Shown piece after piece: positions 47,334 through 57,982 of a DNA stretch of 64,000 nucleotides. Positions within the stretch are counted from its first letter, which is position 1. Each line of letters begins with the position of its first letter. The stretch covers positions 65,230 to 129,229 of the forward strand of contig JACPPH010000004.1 of NCBI GenBank assembly GCA_016191105.1. The letters run 5' to 3'. The stretch comes from Candidatus Saccharimonadota bacterium (GTDB lineage: Bacteria > Patescibacteriota > Saccharimonadia > CAILAD01 > BJGX01). The translations under genes and the position numbers were made by a program. Under the pieces are notes generated by a model that was not told the DNA's origin, ran no database searches, and was given only the letters and a program-made list of their open reading frames with translations.

Positions 47334-49735
47334 GTAGATTTAAACAGATATTAATATCGGGGATTGCGGTTTTGGCTACAACCAGTCTTGTATGGCTTTC
47401 ACAATCTGCCAGTGCTCATGCCGCAACCTACACAACGGCCAATCTTAACCAGGTGCCCTGGAGCATTTCTTTCCCGAATTTATTCACAAAGTTTAATGGA
47501 CGATGCTCCGACAACAACGATCCTGCGAATCCAAGATACTATGGGGTTGGCCAATGGTCGTGGCTTTCCACTCGAAACGATAATAATTTCTCTCAAACGT
47601 CGCTTACGGCCACCGCCGGCCAAACCGTTGATTTATACATTGTTTATGGTAATATTTACTGCGAATCTGGCACCGGCGTTATCGGTACCTGGAACTATAT
47701 TAGCAGCTCTTCGGTAGACAATAATGCTACGCTTAACGGCGTGCCCACCAACCCGATCTTTACCAACTATACAGACTCCTACGATGGCTCAACCTTTGCT
47801 ATAACTGCTGTGCCAATTACTATAACCATACCCAAAGATGCCCCGGTTGGAAATAATACCTATACTGTGTCATACAATGCCCAGAGGATTAACCTTTTTG
47901 ATAATGGCACACCAAATACTTGCGTAGGTAGTGGTGATCCTCCACCAAAACCAAATCCGCCTAATGATCCAAATAGCGCCTCCTCGTATGGTGATTGCCA
48001 GCTTGCCATTTCAAACTTATCTATCAATGTTAATGTAACGGCTACACCGAGGGGAAACCTAAGCGCCTCTTGCACTCCGCCTGGAGTAACAGGCAAAGCC
48101 ACCGATCCGGCTCAACCCAATAAGCCCATTAATGTTGATCTTTATTACGACAGCCGTGACGATAGTAAGTTGGTGAATACTGTGGCCTACAACCGTGTTA
48201 CGACCGATAGTAACGGCAATTTTTCTACCGGCATACCAGATATATATTTAGATGGGCGCGACCATAAGGTTTACGCTTATGCAATAGGCAAAAACCAAAA
48301 TGCTGAACTGAGTGGCAGCCCGGCATCATTTAAGTGTCCGGTAGCGCCACAGTTCCGCCCATGGCTGCAGACCAAGAACGGCGACGTAACTGCAACTGGC
48401 AGTATAACTGGGCAAGACTTCTTTAGGCCGGGCAGTCGAAACAACTATGATTACGCCGAGGCCACTATCTATACGGCCAACGGTGCGGCTGGTACTCAGA
48501 CATTTACAGCCGCTGGCTCCAGCGCTGTTGTACCGCGAGACGGCTCGTTGAACCCACCAGGCAGTAAGTTTTCTAGAGTATTGACCGAAAATGGCTCCCA
48601 GGCTGTGGTAGAGGACTACACTGGCGTGCTGTCTGGTGTTAGCGCCTATGTGGGTGGTGAAAATTACTTTGATCCTCAGCGCAAGAACGACAATCCAGCA
48701 CCCCACTACAAACTATCTGTAGTAAACAAAATCACTGGCAAACAAGTAGCCAGCACCGAAGGCTATGCCGCAAACTTTCAGTACATTAATGCCAGGGTGA
48801 CCGAAAACATGGCCGATGCCAGCAAGGCTATTTCTGGCAGCTATAAGATAACCATAACGTTCGACAACGACGCTTATGGCGATCTGGCCAATAACCCAAC
48901 GGCCGACCGCAATCTGTTAGTTGATCAGATTAAGGTATATGGCAATAGTGTTAGCGGTCCGGAGGCTTCTTATGTTCGCGCGTCGCAAAAAGTGAACGGC
49001 AACAATCCGTCGGCTAACTTTTGCAGTCTAAACTTTTACTACCTCAGTGCATTAGTAGATAACGGTGACTTTTCGTGTCGTGCAGCTGGCACATTGGGCT
49101 ATGTCTTTGGTGACAACCTTAACAACAGTTTTAGCCAGATTACAAACGCTGCGTCTCAAGCTTGGTCGAATGCTCAGAGTAACCCCAAGCTATTTTGTGC
49201 CACCACCAGCTTGCCGCTAAATTGCGACCCCAGTAAATCCGAGATTGTTCAGCTAACCGGCGACAGCGTAATTAACGGCCTAACTATTCCGCCGGGTAGG
49301 CATACCATTTGGGTAAAAGGTGGTTCACTTAGAATAGCTGGCAATATTGTGCCCGCGGTAGCTAACAATCGGCTACCGCAAGAGCAGCCGGTGTTGGGCA
49401 TAATAGTGGATAGTGGCGACGTAAATGTTGCACCTGGGGTTACCCAGGTAAACGCCATGGTGTATGCTGCTGGCAAGTTTAACACCTGCACTGGTTACCC
49501 GTCGGTAGCTTGCGCCAAACAACTGACTGTTAATGGTCAGATTATAACTGCCAATGGTTATACCTTTGGGCGGAACTATTTTGATCGATACTCCTCCAAT
49601 CAAAACCCCGCCGAACTGTTTGTGCTTAATCCACTTGGTGTTAGTTTTGCGCCCCCGGGTTTTGATAAAAATTCTTGGAATCTAGATAGCCAGCTTAACT
49701 ACGGCAGCTTAGAATTACAGCCCAGATTACGATAG
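47330..49735 (+). CDS. Large secreted Asn/Gly/Thr-rich protein (801 aa), candidate surface adhesin or pilus-associated protein
   Basis: Sec signal peptide (ILISGIAVLATTSLVWLSQSASAHA). Sits directly upstream of the pil cluster. Confidence 0.55.
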   Translation: MSRFKQILISGIAVLATTSLVWLSQSASAHAATYTTANLNQVPWSISFPNLFTKFNGRCSDNNDPANPRYYGVGQWSWLSTRNDNNFSQTSLTATAGQTVDLYIVYGNIYCESGTGVIGTWNYISSSSVDNNATLNGVPTNPIFTNYTDSYDGSTFAITAVPITITIPKDAPVGNNTYTVSYNAQRINLFDNGTPNTCVGSGDPPPKPNPPNDPNSASSYGDCQLAISNLSINVNVTATPRGNLSASCTPPGVTGKATDPAQPNKPINVDLYYDSRDDSKLVNTVAYNRVTTDSNGNFSTGIPDIYLDGRDHKVYAYAIGKNQNAELSGSPASFKCPVAPQFRPWLQTKNGDVTATGSITGQDFFRPGSRNNYDYAEATIYTANGAAGTQTFTAAGSSAVVPRDGSLNPPGSKFSRVLTENGSQAVVEDYTGVLSGVSAYVGGENYFDPQRKNDNPAPHYKLSVVNKITGKQVASTEGYAANFQYINARVTENMADASKAISGSYKITITFDNDAYGDLANNPTADRNLLVDQIKVYGNSVSGPEASYVRASQKVNGNNPSANFCSLNFYYLSALVDNGDFSCRAAGTLGYVFGDNLNNSFSQITNAASQAWSNAQSNPKLFCATTSLPLNCDPSKSEIVQLTGDSVINGLTIPPGRHTIWVKGGSLRIAGNIVPAVANNRLPQEQPVLGIIVDSGDVNVAPGVTQVNAMVYAAGKFNTCTGYPSVACAKQLTVNGQIITANGYTFGRNYFDRYSSNQNPAELFVLNPLGVSFAPPGFDKNSWNLDSQLNYGSLELQPRLR

Positions 49736-49788
49736 CAAAGGCAAAAAACTTTATTACCGCATAGTTCTTATGCTAAAATAGCACTATT

Positions 49789-50832
49789 ATGGCGTTATTT
49801 ACTCCAGATGAGAATTATTTTGGTTTAGATCTGGGAACAAACAGTATTAAACTAGCTCAAGTCCGCGAGCTGCATGGTAGCCCAAGCCTAATTACTTATG
49901 GCGATATCGAAGTGCCAGCTAATTTATTGGCATCTGATTCCGATGTCGATCAACAGCGGGTGGCAGATTTGGTAAAGCAGCTGGCCGAAGATGCTAAGGT
50001 AACCACCAAAAATGTTGTTGCGGCCTTGCCCGGCGGTACTTCTTATACTGCCATTGTTCAAGTGCCCAAGCTAAATCACGATGAGCTTGCCCAGAGCATA
50101 AAATTCCAAGCCGACAAGTACATACCAATGGCTATTGATCAGGTCAAATTGGATTGGGCAGTGGTCGGCGATGTGCCCAACAGTGCCGACCAAGAAGTTT
50201 TGTTGGTGGCTGCCCCCAATAATGTTGCCGAAAAGTATCTTAATATTGTTCAAAAGGCTGGCTTAGAACTAATGGCGCTCGAGATCAACTCGATAGCCGA
50301 AGCTCGTTCGCTCATAAACCGTAAAACACCAGATGTTTGTGCCATGATTCTCGACATTGGTGTGAATGCTACAGATTTGGCGATTGTAGATCACCAGGCA
50401 CCACGCTTAGTCCGATCTATAAGTGTTGGTTCGTTGGCTATGCAGCGAGTTGTTGGCCAGAATTTAGGTTTAGACAAGGTTCAGGCCGATCAGTTCTTGA
50501 AGAAATTTGGCTTAATGCAAGACAAGCTCGAGGGTCAAATATATAGAACTCTAAAGCCGTTGATGGACAACTTGGTTGAGGAGATTAAAAAGTCGACTGC
50601 GTTCTTTCGCGAAAAGAACCCCAGCACTAAGCTTGAAAAAATAGTCTTAACCGGAGGTACGTCGGCTCTGCCAGAGCTGCCAATGTATCTAGCCAATGCT
50701 ACTGGTATGACTGTAGAAATCGGCAATCCCTGGCAGAATGTTAGTTACCCTAGTGAAATCCAGTCATCTTTGGCGAGCTTATCACTTAATTATGCTACCG
50801 CTATTGGGCTTGCGCTTAGGAATTTTGGCTAA
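49789..50832 (+). CDS. pilM: Type IV pilus assembly protein PilM
   Basis: Actin-like ATPase fold; N-terminus FGLDLGTNSIKLAQV. Confidence 0.85.
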   Translation: MALFTPDENYFGLDLGTNSIKLAQVRELHGSPSLITYGDIEVPANLLASDSDVDQQRVADLVKQLAEDAKVTTKNVVAALPGGTSYTAIVQVPKLNHDELAQSIKFQADKYIPMAIDQVKLDWAVVGDVPNSADQEVLLVAAPNNVAEKYLNIVQKAGLELMALEINSIAEARSLINRKTPDVCAMILDIGVNATDLAIVDHQAPRLVRSISVGSLAMQRVVGQNLGLDKVQADQFLKKFGLMQDKLEGQIYRTLKPLMDNLVEEIKKSTAFFREKNPSTKLEKIVLTGGTSALPELPMYLANATGMTVEIGNPWQNVSYPSEIQSSLASLSLNYATAIGLALRNFG

Positions 50833-51437
50833 TGAGCGTTTTAGTAAACCTACTGCCAGAAGCTCGCATATTAAAGCTAAAAGCTGTGTCGCAGCGTCGA
50901 TTTATGACAACTTTAACTATTGTGGTCGGAGTAGTTGTTGGTACTATTTTGATAACTTTGTTGCTGCTGCTGGGCTACACCTTTTCGACCCAAAAGCTTA
51001 ATCAGGCAAAAATCAGTAGCTTGCAGAGTGATGTCGACAAATCTAAAGATCTTGAACAGAAAGCCTCGACTCTTCAGGAGCATCTGGCATCTTTCGCGCA
51101 ATTACAGGGCAGCCGGTTGTATGTTAGTGAAATATTTAGAAATCTAAGTAATGTGGTTCCGAGTGGCGTAAGTGTTACTAGCTTCGAGATAAGCGATGCC
51201 TATGTAATTACAATCTCAGGTACAGCAGCAAATTATGCCCAGGTAGCAACCTTTGCCCAGACCCTTAAAGATTACAATGTAAACTACAAGCCTCAACAAG
51301 GATTAGACAGAAAGGCTCTTTTTTCGGAAGTAAATATTACAACTGTTAGCAAGGAGTCTGGTAGTGAAAAGGTGAACTTTACCATGAGCTTTAAGGTCGA
51401 CCCAACAATATTTAAGAAAGCTGGGGGTGGCCAGTAA
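50832..51437 (+). CDS. pilN: Type IV pilus assembly protein PilN
   Basis: Single TM helix plus a coiled-coil periplasmic domain, downstream of pilM. Confidence 0.7.
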   Translation: MSVLVNLLPEARILKLKAVSQRRFMTTLTIVVGVVVGTILITLLLLLGYTFSTQKLNQAKISSLQSDVDKSKDLEQKASTLQEHLASFAQLQGSRLYVSEIFRNLSNVVPSGVSVTSFEISDAYVITISGTAANYAQVATFAQTLKDYNVNYKPQQGLDRKALFSEVNITTVSKESGSEKVNFTMSFKVDPTIFKKAGGGQ

Positions 51438-52147
51438 TGGCGGTAGATATACCCAAAACTAAGCCAGCCAAGAAAGCGCCAATCCAAACTCCAAAGACAG
51501 ACACTTCGCTAGCCGAGAAGAAAACAAATCAACGTTTTATGATTTGGATGGGATTATTAATTGGTGCTATCGTACTGGTGGGTGGCTACCTTATATATCG
51601 GCTAGGCTCGGCCTATGTTACTCAAGCTAACAAAATTAAAGCTCAGGATATGTTGATTTCGGCTCTTGATCAGAAACAAAAGAATTTAAATGAACTCAAG
51701 CCAAATTATGCGACTATTATCGCCAAAGGCAGCAACGGTGTTTCTGACTCAGACCTAATCTTGCGCGCTCTACCCACAGACAACAACTATCAAGGTCTGA
51801 TCGCAATGACCGAGAAGATGGCTCAAGAAAGCGGCGTAAAGGTTACCTCTGTTTCTCAGGGTGGAGAAACTGGCAACGCTAGCGGTACAGACACCACCAA
51901 TGCCCCAACAGCTGACCAACCAGCTAGTGGCTCCTCGCCGCAGCCATTTACCTTTACGGTTGGACTAGAGGGAACTTACCAGGGAATATTGGAATTTTTG
52001 TCGAAAACCCAACAGGCATCTAGGGTTATGAATTTCTCTAGCATGACAATTACAGGCGGCACCGGCAATACTATTCAGGCCAATATAACCATGCAAACCT
52101 ATATGCAGCCAGCAGCTAATATTGAACCAACCACGAGGCCGCTCTAG
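51437..52147 (+). CDS. pilO: Type IV pilus assembly protein PilO-like
   Basis: Bitopic membrane protein in the pilMNO position. Confidence 0.55.
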   Translation: MAVDIPKTKPAKKAPIQTPKTDTSLAEKKTNQRFMIWMGLLIGAIVLVGGYLIYRLGSAYVTQANKIKAQDMLISALDQKQKNLNELKPNYATIIAKGSNGVSDSDLILRALPTDNNYQGLIAMTEKMAQESGVKVTSVSQGGETGNASGTDTTNAPTADQPASGSSPQPFTFTVGLEGTYQGILEFLSKTQQASRVMNFSSMTITGGTGNTIQANITMQTYMQPAANIEPTTRPL

Positions 52148-52155
52148 TGCAAGGT

Positions 52156-52395
52156 ATGAAGAAAAAAGACATAATTACACTAATAATTGCAGTAGTTATA
52201 TTCATTATTGCCCTGGCTTTGTTGTATCGCTACATTGTGCCGCCACCCAAGAACAGCGGTGTTATGGTTGAGGTTCCACACCCGGTAGAGCCGACATTTA
52301 ATCAGGGGCAGTTAAATACCCTCAAAAAAGATACCACTGACTTCACTCAAGATTTGACACCAAAAGGTTCGAGTAATCAGCCGTTAATCCAATAG
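52156..52395 (+). CDS. Small membrane protein in the pilus operon
   Basis: One TM helix. Start placed at the internal ATG (MKKKD). Confidence 0.4.
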   Translation: MKKKDIITLIIAVVIFIIALALLYRYIVPPPKNSGVMVEVPHPVEPTFNQGQLNTLKKDTTDFTQDLTPKGSSNQPLIQ

Positions 52396-52410
52396 GGGTC
52401 TAAAAAACAT

Positions 52411-54204
52411 ATGCTCTCGAACGAGACAGAACGCAAGATAGAAGAGCTGGTTACGGCTGGCAAATATGTTACCCGGGACCGGCTTGATCAAATAAAGCTG
52501 GATGCTGCAAAATCTGGTAAAGGCTTGATTCAGCGGCTAGTGGAATTAAGGCTACTTACTGATGAGCAGGCCACCATGTTGGTGGCCCAGGCTTCTGGCA
52601 TTCCCTATGTAGATCTATCCAAGATATCTATACCCGATAATGTATTGGCTCTGATACCACGCGATTCGGCCGAGGCTAATGCCGTGGTAGCCTTTGGGCT
52701 AAAAGACGGCAAGCTAGATGTTGCCATGGTTGATCCCGAAAACTTGCAGACCATAGATTTTATATCGCGTAAAACCGGCTACCCGGTGAGCGCCTATATG
52801 GCCACCAAACCGCAAATAGAAAGCTGGATTAGGCGCTACACGAGTGACTTGGGACAGGAGGTGTCGGAGGCTCTTGGTAATGAGCCAGGGCCAGAGGCCA
52901 ACCTGCAAAATGAGGCCGCCAAGAAGTTCGATGCCAAAGACTCCAAGAAACTAGCAACAATCGTGCAAGACGCACCCATTACCAGGGCGCTTAATACAAT
53001 ATTGGAATACGCTATAAATGCTCATGCTTCAGATATTCACATTGAACCACGCGAAAAAGATTTAAAGATCCGCTTTCGTATAGATGGGATTTTGCGCGAA
53101 GTTATGAGTCTGCCCAAATCGACCGAACCAGCTCTCATATCGCGAATAAAAATATTGTCCAATTTAAAAATCGATGAGCATCGCATACCCCAAGATGGCC
53201 AGGCCGAATTTCGTAAAGGCGGCAAAGAAGTTGATATGCGTATTGCGATTGCGCCGATTAGTTTTGGCGAGCAGGTAGTTATTCGCTTGCTCGATAAGAC
53301 CGATTCACTGCTAAAACTAGAGGGTCTGGGCTTTAAGGGTCGGTCTTTTAGGATGATTAAACGGGGTATTGAGCGCCCGCACGGCATGATACTCTCAACT
53401 GGCCCGACCGGATCTGGCAAGTCGACCACACTATATGCTGTAATCCAGGAGATCAAATCAGAAAAAATTAACATTGTAACGCTCGAAGACCCAGTTGAAT
53501 ACCATGTAGCTGGGGTTAACCAAATGCAGGTTAACAATGCCGTCGGGCTAACTTTTGCTAATGGTCTGCGTTCAATTTTGCGCCAAGATCCAAACGTAAT
53601 TATGGTAGGTGAAATTCGTGACCACGAAACAGCCGACTTGGCTGTACAATCGGCTCTAACGGGTCACCTGGTGCTGTCTACATTGCACACCAACTCAGCC
53701 GCCGGTGTTTTGCCAAGGCTTCTGGATATGGGCATAGAGCCATATTTGATAGCGTCGACAGTTAATACGGTAATTGGCCAGCGCTTGGTGCGAAAGATCT
53801 GCAACAAATGCCGCAAGGCCTATCAAGCCTCGCCAGCAGCCGTACAGCTGATAAACAAGATACTAGGGCCGCTTTTGCCACAAGATCAGGCTCAACAGCT
53901 TAAATTAGCCGGCGACCTGGGCTATGAGCATTTGCCAATGCACAGTCAAACCGCTTATACTTTATACAAGGGCGAAGGCTGTACCGAATGCCAAGACGGC
54001 TACAAAGGCCGCACTGGCATTTATGAGGTTTTTGAAATTAATCAGAGCATTGAACACCTCTTGCTAAATCGGGCCACCACAGTTGAAATTCAAAAACAGG
54101 CGGTCAAAGACGGCATGGTAACCATGCAGCAAGATGGCTTACTAAAAGCTCTAAGCGGTGCTACAACACTAGAAGAAGTTGCCAGGGTCGCAACTGACCA
54201 TTAA
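52411..54204 (+). CDS. pilB: Type IV pilus extension ATPase PilB/GspE
   Basis: Walker A GPTGSGKSTT; tetracysteine motif CNKC...CTEC. Confidence 0.92.
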   Translation: MLSNETERKIEELVTAGKYVTRDRLDQIKLDAAKSGKGLIQRLVELRLLTDEQATMLVAQASGIPYVDLSKISIPDNVLALIPRDSAEANAVVAFGLKDGKLDVAMVDPENLQTIDFISRKTGYPVSAYMATKPQIESWIRRYTSDLGQEVSEALGNEPGPEANLQNEAAKKFDAKDSKKLATIVQDAPITRALNTILEYAINAHASDIHIEPREKDLKIRFRIDGILREVMSLPKSTEPALISRIKILSNLKIDEHRIPQDGQAEFRKGGKEVDMRIAIAPISFGEQVVIRLLDKTDSLLKLEGLGFKGRSFRMIKRGIERPHGMILSTGPTGSGKSTTLYAVIQEIKSEKINIVTLEDPVEYHVAGVNQMQVNNAVGLTFANGLRSILRQDPNVIMVGEIRDHETADLAVQSALTGHLVLSTLHTNSAAGVLPRLLDMGIEPYLIASTVNTVIGQRLVRKICNKCRKAYQASPAAVQLINKILGPLLPQDQAQQLKLAGDLGYEHLPMHSQTAYTLYKGEGCTECQDGYKGRTGIYEVFEINQSIEHLLLNRATTVEIQKQAVKDGMVTMQQDGLLKALSGATTLEEVARVATDH

Positions 54205-54219
54205 ATCAAAAAGGAGATT

Positions 54220-55290
54220 ATGGAGACCAAAACCATAAAAATCGAGCCACTCTTAGATGAAGTTATACGCCGTAATGGCTCAGATATACACTTGCAAGTT
54301 GGTTTACCACCAGTGCTGCGTATCGATGGGGCTCTAAAGCCGATTGCTGATACCCCGAATCTCACCGAAAAAGATGTCGAGGCTTTGGTTTATTCACTGG
54401 TCGACGAACAACAGAAGAACACAATAGTTCAGGAGAAAGAGTTAGATTTTTCATTTGCTTATGGCGATGTTGCTCGGTTTCGCGTAAATGCTTTTCATGA
54501 AAAAGGGTTTTTAGCAGCAGCGCTGCGTCTAATACCTACCAAGATTCGTACTTTGGCCGAACTCGGTTTACCCAAGGTGCTGTCTGATTTTACCAAACTC
54601 CCGCGTGGCTTGGTGCTTTCAACCGGCCCGACTGGATCTGGCAAGTCGACTACCCAAGCGGCCATGATTGACATGATTAACGCCAACCAGCGTCAGCACA
54701 TTATAACCATCGAAGACCCAATTGAGTATCAGCATCACCACAAGAGCTCAATTGTGGTTCAGCGTGAGGTTCACTTTGATACCGATAGTTTTGGTGCAGC
54801 TTTGCGCTCAGCCTTGCGCGAAGATCCCGATGTGGTGTTAATTGGTGAAATGCGTGATCTAGAAACAATCGCCACCGCGATTACGGTGGCCGAGACTGGG
54901 CACCTGGTGCTAGCAACCTTGCACACCAACGGCGCCGCTCAGTCAATTGATCGTATGATCGATGTGTTTCCGCCCCACCAGCAACAGCAAATTCGGATTC
55001 AACTTTCAAGCGTTCTTCAGGGCATAGTTAGCCAGCGCCTTATACCTATGATAGGTGGCGGTCGAATTGCCGCCGCCGAAGTCTTGGTGGTTACGCCGGC
55101 GGTGCGCAACATAGTTCGCGAGGCCAAAACTCACCAGCTCGACGCCGTAATCCAGACCGGCGCCGAGTACGGCATGCAATCTATGGACAAAACGCTTGTA
55201 GGGCTTATTCACGAGGGTAAAATTAGCTACGAGGAAGCTCGCAACTACGCCTTCGACGCTCAAGAATTTGAACGGCTAATGAGAAAGTAG
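54220..55290 (+). CDS. pilT: Type IV pilus retraction ATPase PilT
   Basis: Walker A GPTGSGKSTT, AIRNLIRE-like motif (AVRNIVREAK), ~356 aa. Confidence 0.9.
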   Translation: METKTIKIEPLLDEVIRRNGSDIHLQVGLPPVLRIDGALKPIADTPNLTEKDVEALVYSLVDEQQKNTIVQEKELDFSFAYGDVARFRVNAFHEKGFLAAALRLIPTKIRTLAELGLPKVLSDFTKLPRGLVLSTGPTGSGKSTTQAAMIDMINANQRQHIITIEDPIEYQHHHKSSIVVQREVHFDTDSFGAALRSALREDPDVVLIGEMRDLETIATAITVAETGHLVLATLHTNGAAQSIDRMIDVFPPHQQQQIRIQLSSVLQGIVSQRLIPMIGGGRIAAAEVLVVTPAVRNIVREAKTHQLDAVIQTGAEYGMQSMDKTLVGLIHEGKISYEEARNYAFDAQEFERLMRK

Positions 55291-55306
55291 CTAGGGAACC
55301 AAAGCG

Positions 55307-56557
55307 GTGGTAGATTACATATACACGGCCAAAGATAAGTCGACCGATAAGGTTATGAGGGGTAAAATCCAGGCCGATAATGAGCTGGCGGCAGCCGATA
55401 TACTGGGCAAGAAAGGTCTTTACCCGATCAAAATTGAGCCGGCCGCAGAGGGTGGTTTTAGCAAAGAAATCAAAATTGGCAGCGGTGTAAGTGGCAAAGA
55501 TAGGGTTATTTTTACCCGGCAGCTGGCGACTTTGGTTAAGGCCGGCTTGCCGATCACTCAGGCTCTCAATACTGCAATCGAGCAAATTACCAACAAAACC
55601 TTTCATGCCATGCTCGAGAAGATCGCTGCCTCGGTGGAGGGCGGTACTAGCTTAGCCAATTCATTTGCCCAGCACCCCGAGACTTTTAACCATGTTTACG
55701 TAAGCCTGGTGCATGCTGGCGAAGAGTCGGGCACGCTCGACGACGCCCTAGAGCGCCTGGCCGATCAGCAAGAAAAAGAGCAGCAGATAATATCGAAGGT
55801 TCGCGGGGCTCTAATTTACCCTGCGTTGGTACTAGCTGTAATTGTAGTTGTACTGGTATTTATGTTGGTATCGGTTTTGCCACAGATAGCCAGTTTGTAC
55901 AAAGACCTGGGCAAAGACCTACCCATATTAACCAAGATCACCTTTGCGACATCAGAATTTTTGGTGCGTTACTGGTGGCTAACCTTAATAGTACTTATTG
56001 CGATAGTATTTGGCTTGCGAGCCTACTTTAGAACCCCACAAGGACGCCGTAACTGGGACAGATTTAAGCTCAATGCTCCAGTCTTTGGCGGTCTGTTCAA
56101 AAAGGTTTATATGGCCCGCTTTGCTCGCACTATGGCCAGTTTGGTTAACAGCGGTGTGCCCATACTCGAAGCGCTTAATATTTCCTCTGAGGCTGTGAAC
56201 AATGTAATTCTAAAGGCCGAGATCGATGAGGCAACCCTAAAAGTTAGAAGTGGTAAGGCTTTAAGTTCGGCTCTTATGGACAAAGAGCATTTTCTTAAGC
56301 TGGTGCCACAGATGATCAAGGTGGGCGAGCAATCTGGTACCTTGGGGGCTATGCTCGACAAGGTCGCCAGCTTTTATGAAGACGAAGTGGATCAGACGGT
56401 GAAAAACCTGTCGACAACTATTGAGCCAGTTATGATGATCATACTCGGCCTATTGGTGGGCGTTATAATAGTGGCCATTCTTTACCCGGTTTATAGCTTA
56501 GTAGGTGGCGGCATTAACCTTAACCCATCTGCCGGAGCTCCAACAGTTCAGCAATAG
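55307..56557 (+). CDS. pilC: Type IV pilus platform protein PilC/GspF
   Basis: Two GspF domains; three TM regions. Confidence 0.9.
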   Translation: MVDYIYTAKDKSTDKVMRGKIQADNELAAADILGKKGLYPIKIEPAAEGGFSKEIKIGSGVSGKDRVIFTRQLATLVKAGLPITQALNTAIEQITNKTFHAMLEKIAASVEGGTSLANSFAQHPETFNHVYVSLVHAGEESGTLDDALERLADQQEKEQQIISKVRGALIYPALVLAVIVVVLVFMLVSVLPQIASLYKDLGKDLPILTKITFATSEFLVRYWWLTLIVLIAIVFGLRAYFRTPQGRRNWDRFKLNAPVFGGLFKKVYMARFARTMASLVNSGVPILEALNISSEAVNNVILKAEIDEATLKVRSGKALSSALMDKEHFLKLVPQMIKVGEQSGTLGAMLDKVASFYEDEVDQTVKNLSTTIEPVMMIILGLLVGVIIVAILYPVYSLVGGGINLNPSAGAPTVQQ

Positions 56558-56669
56558 TACGTTTACGGGTTCTTGACGTCATTATGCTTATGCTTCACAA
56601 TTAAGTTTGCAGATCAAATCACGTGATTGATTTGCCAACAAAATACATTCGAAAGGAGGTGCAAACAAA

Positions 56670-57095
56670 ATGACAAAAGCCAAAAAAGGTTTTACATTGA
56701 TCGAAATCGTGATTGTGCTAGCTATCGCCGCTTTGATTTTAGTTATCGTATTCTTAGCAGTTGCTGGCGCTAACCGGGCACAACGTGATAACCAGCGCAA
56801 GGCCGATGCGGGTCGCGTACTAGCAGCAGCTCAGCAGTATGCAGGCAACAATAGTGGTAATAACCCGACCAGCACGGATTTTATTGGCACTTACAAGGCG
56901 CCTACAACAGGACCGGGGAACACTGCCTATAATGCAGCATTTGGAACTGGCGCAGCCAGCTCATCCAGGCTAATGGTTGTCGGGCCAGGCACCTGCGGAG
57001 CAAATGGTGCCATCCAGGCGCTCGCTGCTGGCCAGGCTGGATTTGCCGTATCTGTATATCAAGAAAACGGTGGGGCAGCTTGTGTTCAGACATAG
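56670..57095 (+). CDS. pilA: Type IV major pilin
   Basis: Class III signal KKG|FTLIEIVIVLAIAALILVIV with Glu at +5. A 12-bp palindrome aatcacgtgatt sits in the promoter region. Confidence 0.85.
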   Translation: MTKAKKGFTLIEIVIVLAIAALILVIVFLAVAGANRAQRDNQRKADAGRVLAAAQQYAGNNSGNNPTSTDFIGTYKAPTTGPGNTAYNAAFGTGAASSSRLMVVGPGTCGANGAIQALAAGQAGFAVSVYQENGGAACVQT

Positions 57096-57175
57096 TAACA
57101 CGATGGTTACGCTAAAAAGACCCGGAAGGGTCTTTTTAGATTGCTCTTATACAGCGATTTATACATAATAAGCAT

Positions 57176-57952
57176 ATGCTAACTTACATTATTCTATTTG
57201 GCTTGCTAGGGCTCGTTTTGGGCAGTTTTGTAAATGCCTGGTTGTACCGAACTCACGAGCACAAAAGCATTGTTAAGGGCCGTTCTGAGTGCCCACACTG
57301 CCACAAACAGATTGCTTGGTACGATAATATACCAGTTTTGAGCTACCTCTTGCTCAAGGCCAAGTGCCGATATTGCCATAAACTAATTTCAGCTCAATAT
57401 CCGCTGGTCGAGGCAGCCACGGGTATCTTGTTTGCGTCTTTGTGGCTGTATTTTAGGCCTACTACCGAAGTCGGCTGGTATGAGTTATTGCTATGGCTAC
57501 TGGTAACAGTCTTTATGGCGGCGGCATTTGTGTACGATCTGCGCTACATGATACTGCCCGATCGGTTTATGTTGCCAGCGCTAAGTTTTGCGCTTATATA
57601 TGTGTTCTTTTTAACCATAAAAGTTGATCAGGTTGCAGTTTGGCGGCTGGTAGATGCTGCCGTGTTTGCTGGTATTTACTTCTTGGTGTGGCTGTTCTCA
57701 AAAGGCAAGTGGATAGGCGATGGCGATATTCGCCTAGCGGCTATTATTGGCTTAATGCTTAGCTTACCGCAATTACTAATCGGCGTTTTTGCCGGTTATT
57801 TGATAGGTTCGGCTATAGGCATGTATTTGCTAGTAAGTGGCCGAGCCAAGCGGGGCAGTGTAATTGCTCTGGGTCCGTTTCTGATTGTTGGGCTGTACAT
57901 AGGCTTGTTTTGGGGCCAGCAGATTGCCAACTGGTACTTACAGCTCATATAA
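57176..57952 (+). CDS. pilD: Prepilin peptidase (A24)
   Basis: Zinc-finger N-terminus (CPHC...CRYC), polytopic, catalytic Asp residues. Confidence 0.85.
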   Translation: MLTYIILFGLLGLVLGSFVNAWLYRTHEHKSIVKGRSECPHCHKQIAWYDNIPVLSYLLLKAKCRYCHKLISAQYPLVEAATGILFASLWLYFRPTTEVGWYELLLWLLVTVFMAAAFVYDLRYMILPDRFMLPALSFALIYVFFLTIKVDQVAVWRLVDAAVFAGIYFLVWLFSKGKWIGDGDIRLAAIIGLMLSLPQLLIGVFAGYLIGSAIGMYLLVSGRAKRGSVIALGPFLIVGLYIGLFWGQQIANWYLQLI

Positions 57953-57982
57953 TCAGAGCATAAGTGGTATAATTATCGGGTA